Shown here one piece after another: positions 9,558 through 19,901 of a stretch of 64,000 nucleotides of DNA. Each line of letters starts with the position of its first letter. The first letter of the stretch is position 1. Made by a program: the position numbers and the translations under genes. Source of the stretch: Candidatus Tectimicrobiota bacterium (GTDB lineage: Bacteria > JACPUC01); NCBI GenBank assembly GCA_016192455.1, contig JACPUC010000019.1, positions 186,001 to 250,000 on the forward strand. Direction: 5' to 3'. The notes under the pieces were generated by a model. That model saw only the letters and a list, made by a program, of their open reading frames with translations. It did not search any database and was not told where the DNA came from.

Positions 9558-10711
9558 GATACGGCGATCCCAAAGATCGGCTCGGTCTTGCCCGCGTAGA
9601 CGCCGAGGTAGGTCAAGACCAGGAGCGCGAGAAGGGCCAGGAAGAAGAGGCTGAGGGCGGCCCGGCGCCGTCGCCAGCGGCGCTCCGGGGAGCGCTCGAG
9701 GTAGGGCCAGAGCAGCAGCGCCAGGAGTGGCAGGGCCTGCGCCAGAACCGCGACCTGAAAGGTGCTGATGCCCCCCGGCAGCGCGCGCGAGGGGATGTAC
9801 TTCAGCGCCTGGTAGGAGAAGAGGAAGTACCACTCCGGCTTGACATGCTCCGGCGTGCGCAGGGGGTCCGCGGGGTCGCCCAGCGGCGCGGCTCGCCAGG
9901 CGACCCAGAGGAGGAGGGCCGCGAAGACGAAGCAGGCGACGGCCGCCTCCTTGCGAGCTTGCACCGGGAAGAAGCGTACCCTGCGGTCCCTGGCGGCTCC
10001 CGTGCCGGCAAGCCGCGCCAGTGGCTCGGAGGGGCCGTGTTTCCAGACCAGGGCCAGGTGGGCGGCAAGGAGGACCAGGAGCGCAGCGGGCAGGAGCATC
10101 ACGTGCAGGGCGAAGAAGCGCGTCAGCGTCGCCCCGCCCACCTGCGCTCCGCCGCGCAGCATGGCTTTGAGAAAGGGGCCAAGCCACGGCGCCTGGCCGG
10201 CGATGCCGCTGCCGACGGTGGTGCCCCAGAACGCCGCCTGCTCCCACGGCAGCAGGTAGCCGGTGAAGGCGAAACCCAGGACCGTCAGGAGGAGACCGAC
10301 GCCGAGCATCCAAGTCAGCTCGCGCGGGCGCTTGAAGGAGGCCGTGAGGAAGACGCGCGCCAGGTGCAGGAGGAGCGTCGCCACCATGGCGTGGGACGAC
10401 CAGTAGTGGAGGCTGCGGACGATCCAGCCGAAGCGCACCTCGCTGATGATGCGCGCCACGCTCTCGTGCGCCGCGCTCGGCGTCGGCTCGTAGTAGAGGA
10501 GAAGGAGGATGCCCGTCGCCACCTGGATGGCGGCAAAGAGGAGCAGGAGGCTCCCCAGGTAGTAGTACCAGGGCAGCTTTGCCGGCACCGTGTGCTGCCG
10601 CTGGAGATGCCAGAAGCGCAGCAGGCCCGTCCGCCCCTCGAAGCCGTCGAGCAGTCGCTCCCTCAGCCGCTGTCGGCCCCTCCTCGTCGATGCTGCGGGC
10701 GGTGCGTCCAC
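9554..10711 (-). CDS. petB: Cytochrome b (b6 + subunit IV fused) of a Rieske/cytb complex
   Basis: GWIVRSLHYWSSH, FTGYLLPW, TRFFALH..AAHL, KPEWYF; start approximate. Confidence 0.92.
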   Translation of the reverse strand: MDAPPAASTRRGRQRLRERLLDGFEGRTGLLRFWHLQRQHTVPAKLPWYYYLGSLLLLFAAIQVATGILLLLYYEPTPSAAHESVARIISEVRFGWIVRSLHYWSSHAMVATLLLHLARVFLTASFKRPRELTWMLGVGLLLTVLGFAFTGYLLPWEQAAFWGTTVGSGIAGQAPWLGPFLKAMLRGGAQVGGATLTRFFALHVMLLPAALLVLLAAHLALVWKHGPSEPLARLAGTGAARDRRVRFFPVQARKEAAVACFVFAALLLWVAWRAAPLGDPADPLRTPEHVKPEWYFLFSYQALKYIPSRALPGGISTFQVAVLAQALPLLALLLWPYLERSPERRWRRRRAALSLFFLALLALLVLTYLGVYAGKTEPIFGIAVS

Positions 10712-10730
10712 GGTGTCTGGCCTCGAGACG

Positions 10731-11153
10731 TCAGCCGACGAGGAGATGGTTCCCCTGCACCTGCACGCGCAGGCGCTCCAGGGGCGCGGGAGGCGGTCCC
10801 GCCAGGACGTTCCCATCGGCGTCGAAGATGCCGCGGTGACAGGGGCAGACGAAGCGCCCCTCCTTGGGCTGCCAGCGCACGGAACAGCCGAGATGCGTGC
10901 AGACGAGGGAGAGCGCCCGCGGCGCCTCCTGGCCGTGCAGCAGGATTGCCGGCTCGCCGTAGTAGTCGAAGAGCCTGCCCTCGCCGGCTTTCAGCTCCGC
11001 AGCGTTGGCAAGCAGCAGCGGCTCGCCGCGCCGGCGCAGCGCAGGCGGGTAGAGGTAGCCGGCCACGCCGGCCAGCCCACTCAGGCCAAGGATGCCGAGG
11101 AGCCAATGACGCAGGCGGTCGAGGAAGGTGCGGCGCGTGAGCATGGAAGGCAT
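10731..11153 (-). CDS. petC: Rieske [2Fe-2S] subunit
   Basis: Tat motif TRRTFL, CTHLGC and CPCH boxes, GPPPAPL. Confidence 0.92.
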   Translation of the reverse strand: MPSMLTRRTFLDRLRHWLLGILGLSGLAGVAGYLYPPALRRRGEPLLLANAAELKAGEGRLFDYYGEPAILLHGQEAPRALSLVCTHLGCSVRWQPKEGRFVCPCHRGIFDADGNVLAGPPPAPLERLRVQVQGNHLLVG

Positions 11154-11234
11154 AACACGAGGGAGAGGGGGAGCGCCGGCGCGGCGCGTCCCCTTTCGAC
11201 GTCCGGCTGATGGTCCGCGGCGAGGCGAGGCGAC

Positions 11235-11882
11235 CTAGCCGCCGACCAGGCGCCGCTGCCAGACCGCCTCCACCTCGTCGGCCGTGCAGACGGTGCCGAA
11301 CTGCCGGTGGATGGTCGCCAGCGTGGCGTGGTGCGCCTCTTCACTGTAGGTGGCGCTGCAGTCCGACAGGAAGACGATGTAGTAGCCCTTGAAGAAGCCG
11401 TCGCGGGCCGTGGACTCCACGCAGACATTGGTCGCCACGCCAGTCATGATCAGGGTCTTGATGCCGCGGTTGCGCAGGATGAGGTCGAAGTTCGTATCGG
11501 GAAAAGCGCTGTAGTGGTGCTTCACCACCAGCACGTCGGAGGGAAGCATCTTCAGCTCATAGAACTCCGCGCCCCAGGAGTTGCTCTGACAGCGTATCTT
11601 CGGGTTGACACCGCGGCGCGCATCGAGGGCCCGGTTGGCGTTGCTGAGGAACTGATCGTCCATGATCACCTGCACGAAGACGACCGTGGCGCCAACGCGG
11701 CGCGCCGCCTCGACATGCTCGGTCAGCCGCGGCACCATGCGCCGCGCCATCGAGACGTCGCTGCCGATGCGGCCCATGTAGCCGTCGGGATGACAGAAAT
11801 CATTCTGCACGTCGATGAGGATCAGCGCGGCATGCTCTGGATTGACCTGTTGTTCCAAGGTGTAGAGGACGTCCCCCGCCAT
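11235..11882 (-). CDS. Cysteine hydrolase (isochorismatase/RutB-like)
   Basis: ALILIDVQNDF, KHHYSAF, TGVATNVCVESTARD triad. Confidence 0.9.
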   Translation of the reverse strand: MAGDVLYTLEQQVNPEHAALILIDVQNDFCHPDGYMGRIGSDVSMARRMVPRLTEHVEAARRVGATVVFVQVIMDDQFLSNANRALDARRGVNPKIRCQSNSWGAEFYELKMLPSDVLVVKHHYSAFPDTNFDLILRNRGIKTLIMTGVATNVCVESTARDGFFKGYYIVFLSDCSATYSEEAHHATLATIHRQFGTVCTADEVEAVWQRRLVGG

Positions 11883-12529
11883 GGTTCGCTCCCCCCAAGC
11901 AAAGGTGGACTCCACTGAGTTCTCGCGCGCCTCCGCGCCGCCCCGGGATGGGTGCCGAGGCGGCGCCCCTCCTCGAGCCCTCTACCTCCGCGCTGCCCTG
12001 GCCCGGGTGCAGGAAGCGGCGGCGTGAAGGTGCTACTTTACCAGAGCGGGGTTGGGAATTGAAGTCTGATTTGCGGCGACCCCGTCGCCGTGAGGCACTG
12101 GTGCGGCGGGGCGACCTGCGGCGCGCCGAGCGGGCGGGCGGCGCGAACGCGGCGCCGTTGGGAGGGCGCAGGCAGCTCCCCGCCGATGTGCGGTCAAGTG
12201 GGTGGTCTGTCGACCGGCCAGCGGGAGGCGCTTGGATGGGCCCTGTGCTGCTTTCACGGAGCTGGGGAGGAACAGCGTCCCAGTTGAAGATACAGACGGC
12301 CGCCGCCGCGCCGACTCCTGAGGAAAGGGCTGACGCCCTGGCAGCCGCCTGGGAAGCGTTCGCGCGCCGCCTGGCTCTCCTCCCGCCGGGTGAATGTGCT
12401 ACGCTGCATCTTCACGTGAGGCCTGAGCCAAGGTAGAGTGTTGACCAGGCGTTGCGTTCCGTCGCGTGTATCCGCACCCCCCCACCCCTTCGGCGTGGAC
12501 CAGGATGGTGTGAAGAGGACCCCTTGCCC

Positions 12530-14137
12530 ATGAGCCAGCAGCTCACCACCAAACCCTTCGAACCCGCCGCCGAGCGACCGGACGTGAAGGCCGCCTGGGA
12601 CTACCACGACTCCACCAAGCACTCTTATTGGAGTGTGAGGAGCAATCCGCACTCCCTCGACTTCTCGAACAAACCGCTGCCGTTCAAGATTTACCGCGAC
12701 CTGCCGAGCCTAGCTCTGCCGGAGGCGGTTGAATCGTCAACCGTGCCGGCGCTGCGAGCCATCGCGGCCGGAGACCCCTTCGAGGGAAGGGCTGGCAGGA
12801 TGGACGCGATCCCGGACCTTGCCCTCCTCGCCAGGCTGCTGCGCTTCGCTGCCGGCATCACCAAGCGGCGCACCTACGGGGAGAAGCTGGAGATTTTCTT
12901 CCGCGCCGCTGCCTGCACCGGCGCGCTCTACCACATCGATCTCTATGCGGTATGCGGCGACCTGCCGGACCTCGCGGCGGGCGTCTACCACTACGGGCCA
13001 CACGACAACACGCTGCGCCTTTTGCGCCGGGGCGATTGTCGCCCGCAACTCGTGGAGGCCACGGCCGGCGAGGACTACGCCTCGCAGGCGCCCGTGATCC
13101 TCATCGCCGCCAGCACCTTCTGGCGCAACTCCTGGAAGTACCAGGCCCGCGCTTGGCGCCACTGCTTCTGGGACAGCGGCACCATCCTCGCCAACCTCTT
13201 GGCGATCGCCGCCGCCGAGGATTTCCCGGCGCGTCTCTTGGTTGGCTTCCAGGACGATCTCGTCAACCACTTGGTGGGCCTCGACGAGCAACGGGAAGCG
13301 GCCCTGGCCCTCATTCCCCTCGGTTTTTCCCAGGCAGTCACGCCGAAGGCTCGCCACCGGCTCGAGCCGTTGGAACTCCAGACCGAGCCGCTCTCCCAGC
13401 ACGAGGTCGATTACCCCGACCTCCGCGCCGTGCACGCGGCGACATCGTTCAGGGGCGTGGGGGAGGTGGAGGCCTGGCGCGCCGCCCGCGGCACGCCGTC
13501 GGCCGAACCCGAGCCGGATGGGATGCTGTACCACCTGCGGCCGCTGCACGCCGCGACGCTGTCGCAGGCGCCCATTGAAGAGGTCATCGTGCGCCGCGGC
13601 TCGAGCCGGCGGTTTCGCCCAGATTCCCTGACGTTTGGGCAGCTCTCGACGGTGCTGCAGCTTGCCACGCAGGGAATCGCGGCGGACTTCTTGCACCCCT
13701 TCGGCGCCACCCTCAGCAGCATCTATTTGATCGTCCACGCCATCGAAGGGGTCCGCCCAGGGTCGTACAGCTACCATCGCGGGCAGCAGTCCCTCGAGCT
13801 GCTGAAGCAAGGGACCTTCCGTGCCGAGGCGGGTCGTTTAGGATTGGAGCAGGCGCTCGCCGCGGATGCAAGCGTGAATATCTACTTCCTCGCGGACCTC
13901 AAGGAGGTGCTGGCGCACTGGGGAGGGCGCGGCTACCGGGCGGCCCAGCTCGAGGCCGCCGTCATGGCGGGCAAGATGTACGTCGCCGCCTATGCGCAGG
14001 GATTTGGCGCTACCGGGCTCACCTTCTACGACGACGAGGTGACCGCGTTCTTCTCCCCGCATGCCAGCGGCAAGTCCGTGATGTTCCTCCTCGCCCTCGG
14101 GGTTCCCGACAGGCTGATCCGCACCCTGCGGCGCTGA
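12530..14137 (+). CDS. SagB/ThcOx-family dehydrogenase (tandem nitroreductase domains)
   Basis: YHDSTKH, RAAACTGALY, WKYQARAWRH..DSG, second domain RRGSSRRF, GATGLTFYDD. Confidence 0.85.
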   Translation: MSQQLTTKPFEPAAERPDVKAAWDYHDSTKHSYWSVRSNPHSLDFSNKPLPFKIYRDLPSLALPEAVESSTVPALRAIAAGDPFEGRAGRMDAIPDLALLARLLRFAAGITKRRTYGEKLEIFFRAAACTGALYHIDLYAVCGDLPDLAAGVYHYGPHDNTLRLLRRGDCRPQLVEATAGEDYASQAPVILIAASTFWRNSWKYQARAWRHCFWDSGTILANLLAIAAAEDFPARLLVGFQDDLVNHLVGLDEQREAALALIPLGFSQAVTPKARHRLEPLELQTEPLSQHEVDYPDLRAVHAATSFRGVGEVEAWRAARGTPSAEPEPDGMLYHLRPLHAATLSQAPIEEVIVRRGSSRRFRPDSLTFGQLSTVLQLATQGIAADFLHPFGATLSSIYLIVHAIEGVRPGSYSYHRGQQSLELLKQGTFRAEAGRLGLEQALAADASVNIYFLADLKEVLAHWGGRGYRAAQLEAAVMAGKMYVAAYAQGFGATGLTFYDDEVTAFFSPHASGKSVMFLLALGVPDRLIRTLRR

Positions 14138-14342
14138 CGCCGACGCCGGCGCCTGCGTCGCCCCCCGGACGAGGCAGTCGTTCCCCCGGGGACCGGCCCT
14201 CCTCCCCTCTCCGCAGCGGGAGCAGACGAAGGGGATCACGACGGACTCCGCACCTGGAAGGAGGCGGTCGAACGGACCATGGAGCCCGTTGTCGCGCACC
14301 ATCCTTCTTGCCGCTCGCTTGCCGAGGAGAAAGGGGGAGATT

Positions 14343-15707
14343 TCAGGCGTGAGCCGCGCACTCGCGCGCCAGGAGAGGCGGCTCGCTTTCGCGGTGAGTT
14401 TCCAGGTGGTCCGCACGGTTGGCCGCTTCCCGCCGACCGATCCGCTCCAGGGGTGTTGAGAGTTCACCAATGAGCGGGATCAACACCCGGCGAACCACGG
14501 CCGGCCAGGTGTAGCGGGAGGCCGAGTCCCTGGCCGCGCGCCGGAGGGAGAAGGCGTTGTCGATGGTATGCTTCAGGGTGCAGAGGTGGTGCACGATCTC
14601 TCCCGGCTCATTGCTTTGAATGGCAATTGCATCATAGCCAGGTGTGGCGTAATCCTCGCCGGTGCATCCCACAAAAGCCACCCCGCCTGTCGCCATGGTT
14701 TCCAATCCCACCAAGCCGAACGGCTCCACGCCGCTGTTTGCCAGCACGGCGTCGGCCGCGAAGAAGAGCTGTTTGCGCTGGTGCTCGGAGAGATAGGATT
14801 GCAGGACGATCATGTCGGCGCCGAGGGCGGGACGCAGGACGTCCGCCAGAGCCTGGACCTCGCTGTCGGCCCACTGCACCATGGCGACACGGAGGCCATG
14901 CGCCTTGGCCCGCCCCATCACCTCGCCGCCATGGGCCTCCACCCCGCCCCGCGCCAGGAAGAGGGGCTGCAAGCCCATCTGTTTCATGGAGGCCACGGCA
15001 TCCACGGCCATGTCCCAGCGTTTGTCGGGATCCCAGCGCGCCACCTTGGCCACGGCGAGGCGATCCTTGAAGAGACTGGAGATGCTGTGTGCCGCCGAGG
15101 CGTCCACAGGCTGCAGCCAGCGCTCGTGGATGCCGTTCGGGATGACCCGCGCGTCGGCGCCGTAGTCCCACAGCAGGTGCTTCATGTAGCGGCTCACCGT
15201 GGTGATCGTCGCCGCCTGTTTCAGAAGGCCCCAAGGGATGCGATGAAACCCGAAGGTGTTGTTGGCGTTCCAGAAGATGGTGACCTGATCGCGGCGCCGG
15301 AGTCGCGCCAAGAGATGGTGGAGGTACAGGATGGAGGAGACGGTGTGCCACTCTTCCGCAAGGATGACCACATGTTTCCCTGCGTCAAGACTTGGGGTGA
15401 TGACCTCCTCGAGCAGCCAGGGGGGAAGAGATTGGTTCCAGTCGTTCAGTTTTCCCTCTTCACCGTCATAGACGCCGGCGGGATGATAGGCACTGATCCA
15501 TTGACACCAGCGATGCAGATGTAGCCTCCCCTCTTCCTGCGTTTGGTGTCCTGCGGCATCGGGATCACCGATGAAAAAAAGGTGGGTTTCATAGTTCATC
15601 GCCGCCAAGGCTTCCGACAAGGTCGAAACACGGCTGCCGAGACCTCCCGCGCGGGAATAGGCGTCCGGTCCTTCAAAACTCAAAATGACGAAGACGATCT
15701 CTTCCAT
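14343..15707 (-). CDS. GT4-family glycosyltransferase
   Basis: SFEGPD..GGLG, TTVS, VIPNGI, EPFGLVGLETMATG. Confidence 0.85.
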   Translation of the reverse strand: MEEIVFVILSFEGPDAYSRAGGLGSRVSTLSEALAAMNYETHLFFIGDPDAAGHQTQEEGRLHLHRWCQWISAYHPAGVYDGEEGKLNDWNQSLPPWLLEEVITPSLDAGKHVVILAEEWHTVSSILYLHHLLARLRRRDQVTIFWNANNTFGFHRIPWGLLKQAATITTVSRYMKHLLWDYGADARVIPNGIHERWLQPVDASAAHSISSLFKDRLAVAKVARWDPDKRWDMAVDAVASMKQMGLQPLFLARGGVEAHGGEVMGRAKAHGLRVAMVQWADSEVQALADVLRPALGADMIVLQSYLSEHQRKQLFFAADAVLANSGVEPFGLVGLETMATGGVAFVGCTGEDYATPGYDAIAIQSNEPGEIVHHLCTLKHTIDNAFSLRRAARDSASRYTWPAVVRRVLIPLIGELSTPLERIGRREAANRADHLETHRESEPPLLARECAAHA

Positions 15708-16168
15708 CACGCACCTCTTTTGGCAGGATTCATCGAAGAATGATCCTGCCCCTCGCCGGCGCCTTTCTCCTTCCGCCACCCGCGACGAGAGAGAAGGGCG
15801 AGCGGCAACCGAACTGAAACCACCGCTCATCATCCACCCTATACGATCGCCGAATCGTGCTCAGCCGATGTGTGGTGAAAGACCTCCGGGACTTGAAGAA
15901 TCTTCCTGGTTTTGATTGGGTCCTCATGCGGCGGCATTGAACGTTTGCACACTTTTGGCGCATTGCCGCTCACTAATGAATGCCAGCCTGGTCTTCTCCC
16001 GCCGTTGCGGAGGCGGAGCGGCGGCCCGCGCCTGTTTGCTTTTCGGCCGCACGCCTCCCGACAAGCCGAACTCCCGAGTATTACCCCGGCACCGCCGCCG
16101 CGGTCACGCCTCGGGCCCCCGTGGCAGTGACGACACCGGCGCCGAGGAAGACCCGTCGCCGCAGGGTC

Positions 16169-16470
16169 TCAGGACCTCAGGGAACCGGCCATCTCGGCGA
16201 AGCGCTCCCAGGCCGTCGCCACCCAGAGGTCGGTTTGGGAGGGCCGAAGGAACGAACGATCAGGGCCACTTTCGTCGCCGCCTCATTGTCCGGGGCCTCG
16301 AAGAGATCGAGGTAGTCATACGGCCCCAGGACTGCGTAGTTGGCAATCCAGCGGACGCCTGGACATTCCTTCTTGATGCGCTCTTCCACCTTGGCGTTCA
16401 GTTCCGCCACGGCGTTTGGACTGGGGAAGGAAGTGGAGGAAAGTCTCGCCCGCAGCGCGACGTGAGCCAT
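16169..16470 (-). pseudogene. GYD-domain protein with a 1-bp frameshift near 16241
   Basis: YAVLGPYDYLDLFEAPD motif; conserved-looking tail SQTDLWVATAWERF lies in another frame ending TGA 16169-16171. Confidence 0.75.
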
Positions 16471-17155
16471 CGGATCACCCTTCCCTCGCTTGACAGTCGA
16501 GACCATCGGAAGGCGCGGCTGGGTTGCTGCAGACCTCCAGCATAGAGAAGCAAGCTCCGTGCCGACCGCTCGCCTCTCGACTAGGGACGCGTTCCGATCC
16601 TCCGGCGCCCTGCAAGCATCACCCCGGAAGGCCGCCCCCCTCCACGCGGGGCGGGCCGATCACCCCTCAGGCAGCGAGCCGGAGGAGAAACTTCAGCGCT
16701 GCGTTAAGACCGGCGACGCAGCTTTCTTGCCAATCAAGCCGCGGAAAAGTTGACGCTCGGTGTGGAGATCCTGTCTTAACGTACCAGGCAACTCAAACCG
16801 CCCAACCGCTTCCTCGCTTTTAGAGCAACGAAGGGGTCGCTCCGATTATTTCAGGCAAGAGCGCGATTGGATGTATTACGCATAGCTATTGGCCTGGACC
16901 AAAACTTATTCAAGGGGGGTAATCGGCGTCTTGGCGGGTCGAGGGATGACAACCTAAAGTTTTACGACCACAACAGTCTCGGCGGTGCCGCGGGCAGAGG
17001 ACTTTGCGAAGAAACGAACATTTGACCGCAGGGAAGCGTGAAATTGGCTGAGCACCAGTAACCGTTCAAATACTATCCATCGAACTTTTTAATACCTCTC
17101 CCCTCCCCGATGCCCCGTCTCCTCCGGCCGGGTCGGCACACGCGCGCAAGCGGAA

Positions 17156-17644
17156 TCAGAGGTTGGCCGGGTGGAACGAGTCGTGGCTGCGCCGCAGGAG
17201 GGCTCGCGCCCGCGCCAGGAGCTCTTCAGGATCAAACGGCCGGGTGAGGTAGTCGTCTACTCCCATCTGCAGGGCGGTGAGCTTGCTGTCCCGTCGGCTG
17301 TCATCCGTGATCATGATGATGGGCAGGTTTGCGGTGTGCTGGCGTTGACGCAGCTCGGAGCAGAACGCAAAGCCGTCCTTCTCGGGCTCCACGATGTCGA
17401 CGAGGACGAGGTCTGGAGGATCGCTTTCGATGAGGGCCATCGCCTCGCTGGCCTGGAGGGCGGTGATGACCTGAAACTTGTTCCGCTCAAACGTCGTCTG
17501 AACCAACTTCAGCGAGGCGGCATCGTCGTCCAGGAGCAGCACTTTCGTACGGCTCTTCAGCACCCTCTCCCGCCGTCGCACGAAGAAGACGATGCAAAAG
17601 AGCGTCACCACCACGAAGCTCGCAACGATGATCAATATTTCCAT
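17156..17644 (-). CDS. Membrane-anchored stand-alone response regulator (receiver)
   Basis: N-terminal TM followed by RRR; LLDDD, DLVLVD, DGFAFC, IIMIT, DDYLTRPF. Confidence 0.85.
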   Translation of the reverse strand: MEILIIVASFVVVTLFCIVFFVRRRERVLKSRTKVLLLDDDAASLKLVQTTFERNKFQVITALQASEAMALIESDPPDLVLVDIVEPEKDGFAFCSELRQRQHTANLPIIMITDDSRRDSKLTALQMGVDDYLTRPFDPEELLARARALLRRSHDSFHPANL

Positions 17645-17867
17645 GCACTCTTGTCCAAATTAGGTTGAGCCAGAGCGGTATTTTGGACAGCAGATGATAG
17701 TATCAGAGCACGTGCCCAGCCATTCGATACTCTCAAGATATCCAGGAATGGGCGTCCTGGTCAGTTCTCGCCGCTTTGAGCTGGGCGCGGCCTTACGCTT
17801 GGCAATTTGCACAGCATACGTAAAGGTGCAGAGACCTGATCCGGGTTTCAAGATAGCAATCCTTACA

Positions 17868-17880
17868 AATCAAGCACTTA
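17868..17880. promoter_or_regulatory. IHF-type site
   Basis: AATCAAGCACTTA matches WATCAANNNNTTR in the AT-rich region upstream of the receiver gene. Confidence 0.4.
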
Positions 17881-18206
17881 CCTCACTCAGAACGAGGTAT
17901 TTCGGCGAATTTGGACAGTAGTGATTCCCATGCCGAAATCACCTTTCCGCCCCAACGCCGAGGATCACCCTGGCGCCTTTTCCTAGCGCTTGCAGCATTG
18001 CCATGAGTGCGACGAACGGAGTCCTTGCGAGGTGGGCCGGCCGCCATGTTCCTCCCCTCGCGCGCGACGATCGAGTCGGGGCGCAGCGAGCGGCGCGGCG
18101 CTTCATCCCTGCGGACCGCCAGCCCGCCGATGCCACGACCCGGGCGCCCGGCTCCCCTCCAGACCGGCCGGGCGGCGCCCCATGCTCCTCCTGCTGCGTT
18201 CCCAGC

Positions 18207-18734
18207 TCACCGCGGCCGCTGATCTAAGAACGCCGGCGGCAGCGGCGGCCAGAGATCAGCATACCTGGGAGTCACCCGCGCGTTGAAGTAGAGGCGCTTC
18301 AAGTGCGCCTCGGGCGGCAAGGGGAAGAGGAGCTCGATGGTGCCGTCGAGGGTGACGTTCGCGGTTCGTGAGTCCACGCTCTTCTCGATGCCGTTGACGG
18401 CATAGACGAGGCGATGCTGAACCTCCACGTCTTTGACGCCTTTGGCGCGCGTTGGCACTTTCAGGAACCGGAAGGTGACCTTCCAGAAGGTAAGCCCCTC
18501 CTGGCGCAGGACCAGGCGGTAGTTCTCTCGTCGATCCGTGCGCTCATAGCCGAGCACCTCGATCTTCCAGAGTTCGTTCTCGACGATCTGACCAACCCGC
18601 GCCACCGACTGCGCCTGCACCGACGCAGCAAGAGCAAGAAGGGCCAACCCCACCAGGCACACGCGCCCCAGCGCCGGCCGGCCGCCAGATCGCTTGGCGG
18701 CCGCCCCGCGACACCACGCACCAGCGAGCGACAT
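18207..18734 (-). CDS. Hypothetical exported protein
   Basis: Signal peptide (LVGLALLALAASVQA), beta-rich body, genome-like codon use; start approximate. Confidence 0.7.
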   Translation of the reverse strand: MSLAGAWCRGAAAKRSGGRPALGRVCLVGLALLALAASVQAQSVARVGQIVENELWKIEVLGYERTDRRENYRLVLRQEGLTFWKVTFRFLKVPTRAKGVKDVEVQHRLVYAVNGIEKSVDSRTANVTLDGTIELLFPLPPEAHLKRLYFNARVTPRYADLWPPLPPAFLDQRPR

Positions 18735-19132
18735 GCTCACCACCGAACGTTCACGCAAGAAATGTTGTAAAGATGCGAGAGACGCCGTTGCTGTTCCACG
18801 CTACCATAGCCGGCGGGCCGGAGGAATGCCACCACCCTTCGTGGACGGAGGCGGAGAACCAACCGTCGAGCGTTGTCCGTCGCCACCTGCCACCCCGGAT
18901 GCAACGGCAGGTTCGCCTGCAAGCGCCTGGGACGGCCCGGAGGGGCCCCCGGCTGCTTGGCGGCGAGGCGTTTCGCCGTTGCGGGGCGCTCTCCCAACCC
19001 AGCGAGTCGCGGGGCAACCTTGCCGGTTTCAGAGCCTCTGTGTATGCTCCCTCCCGAGGTGAACCGGGTCTCATCTCCGCTCAACCGTGGCCGCGCCCGC
19101 AGGCCCCTCCCCGCGGCATGGAGAGTTGTCCC

Positions 19133-19309
19133 ATGCGCGTCCTCCTCAAATCGTTCCTGGGTCTCCTGGTGATGTTCGCGGCCGGCATGTGGGTGTGGCG
19201 CGAGTGGCAGCGGGACCAGCTCCTGGCCTTCGGGCTGGGTGCGCTCTTCACCCTCATGCTCTGCTACCTTCTCCTCTTCCGGCTTGCACCCCTACTTTGG
19301 GGGCCGTAA
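19133..19309 (+). CDS. Small two-TM membrane protein (58 aa)
   Basis: MRVLLKSFLGLLVMFAAGMWVW...FGLGALFTLMLCYLLLFRL; RBS GGAGAG. Confidence 0.65.
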   Translation: MRVLLKSFLGLLVMFAAGMWVWREWQRDQLLAFGLGALFTLMLCYLLLFRLAPLLWGP

Positions 19310-19901
19310 GGAGCCAGGGGACGGACGTGCCTCGGGGAGGAGAATCCCACGCCAAGCCGAGTGCTGAGTCCCCATTTCCACCGCGCCTCGGTGAGCATGG
19401 CCTCAACCGCCGCGCCGCCGGCGGCCGGCCCCACGCTCCGCCGCAGGTGACGGTGAGGGTGGGGGATTGGATCGGCAAGGCATCTCTACGGGAACATGCC
19501 TTGATTCGGAGCAGGGGGCCTGCAACGGGCCACGGCATGTCAGCAGCTCCCAGGGCGGATGCCTGGAAGAGAGACCCGGGCTGCATTGCAGGGCTTCTAT
19601 GAATTTAGAGAAGGCGGCAAGCTTCCTGTTCCCTTGTTCGTTTCTGTGAGGCTGGGAACAAACGCCGCTTCCGCACCTGCGATCCACCCCTCAGCCTCGC
19701 ACTTGAGGAGGCCGACGCCCCCTCCAAGCCCGTGGAGAGACGCCAAGCCTCTGCGAGTTTCTACGGTGAATGCTTCCCCACGGAGGAGCTGGAGGGACGG
19801 GGCGGACGCAGCGGCGGCGGCGCCCCGGCGGTCTCCCGGCATTCCCTGTCCGGTTCGCTGCTGGCGGCGCCCAAGCAGCAAAGCTCAGTGGAGGTCCCAG
19901 A

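Noticed and set aside
9188-11140. 650-aa plus-strand ORF and similar long antisense ORFs (e.g. 33536..35176, 57313..59046)
   Set aside because: GC-rich antisense shadows of well-supported genes
12025-12120. Cobalamin-riboswitch-like fragments (GGTGC..GGGAA..CCCCGTCGCCGTGA..GCACTG)
   Set aside because: Lacks the GGTG.AA.TCC hairpin and the AG.C.G.AGACC 3' box
11948-12436. 162-aa ORF upstream of the SagB gene
   Set aside because: No recognisable motif and atypical composition; only the last ~65 codons look weakly protein-like
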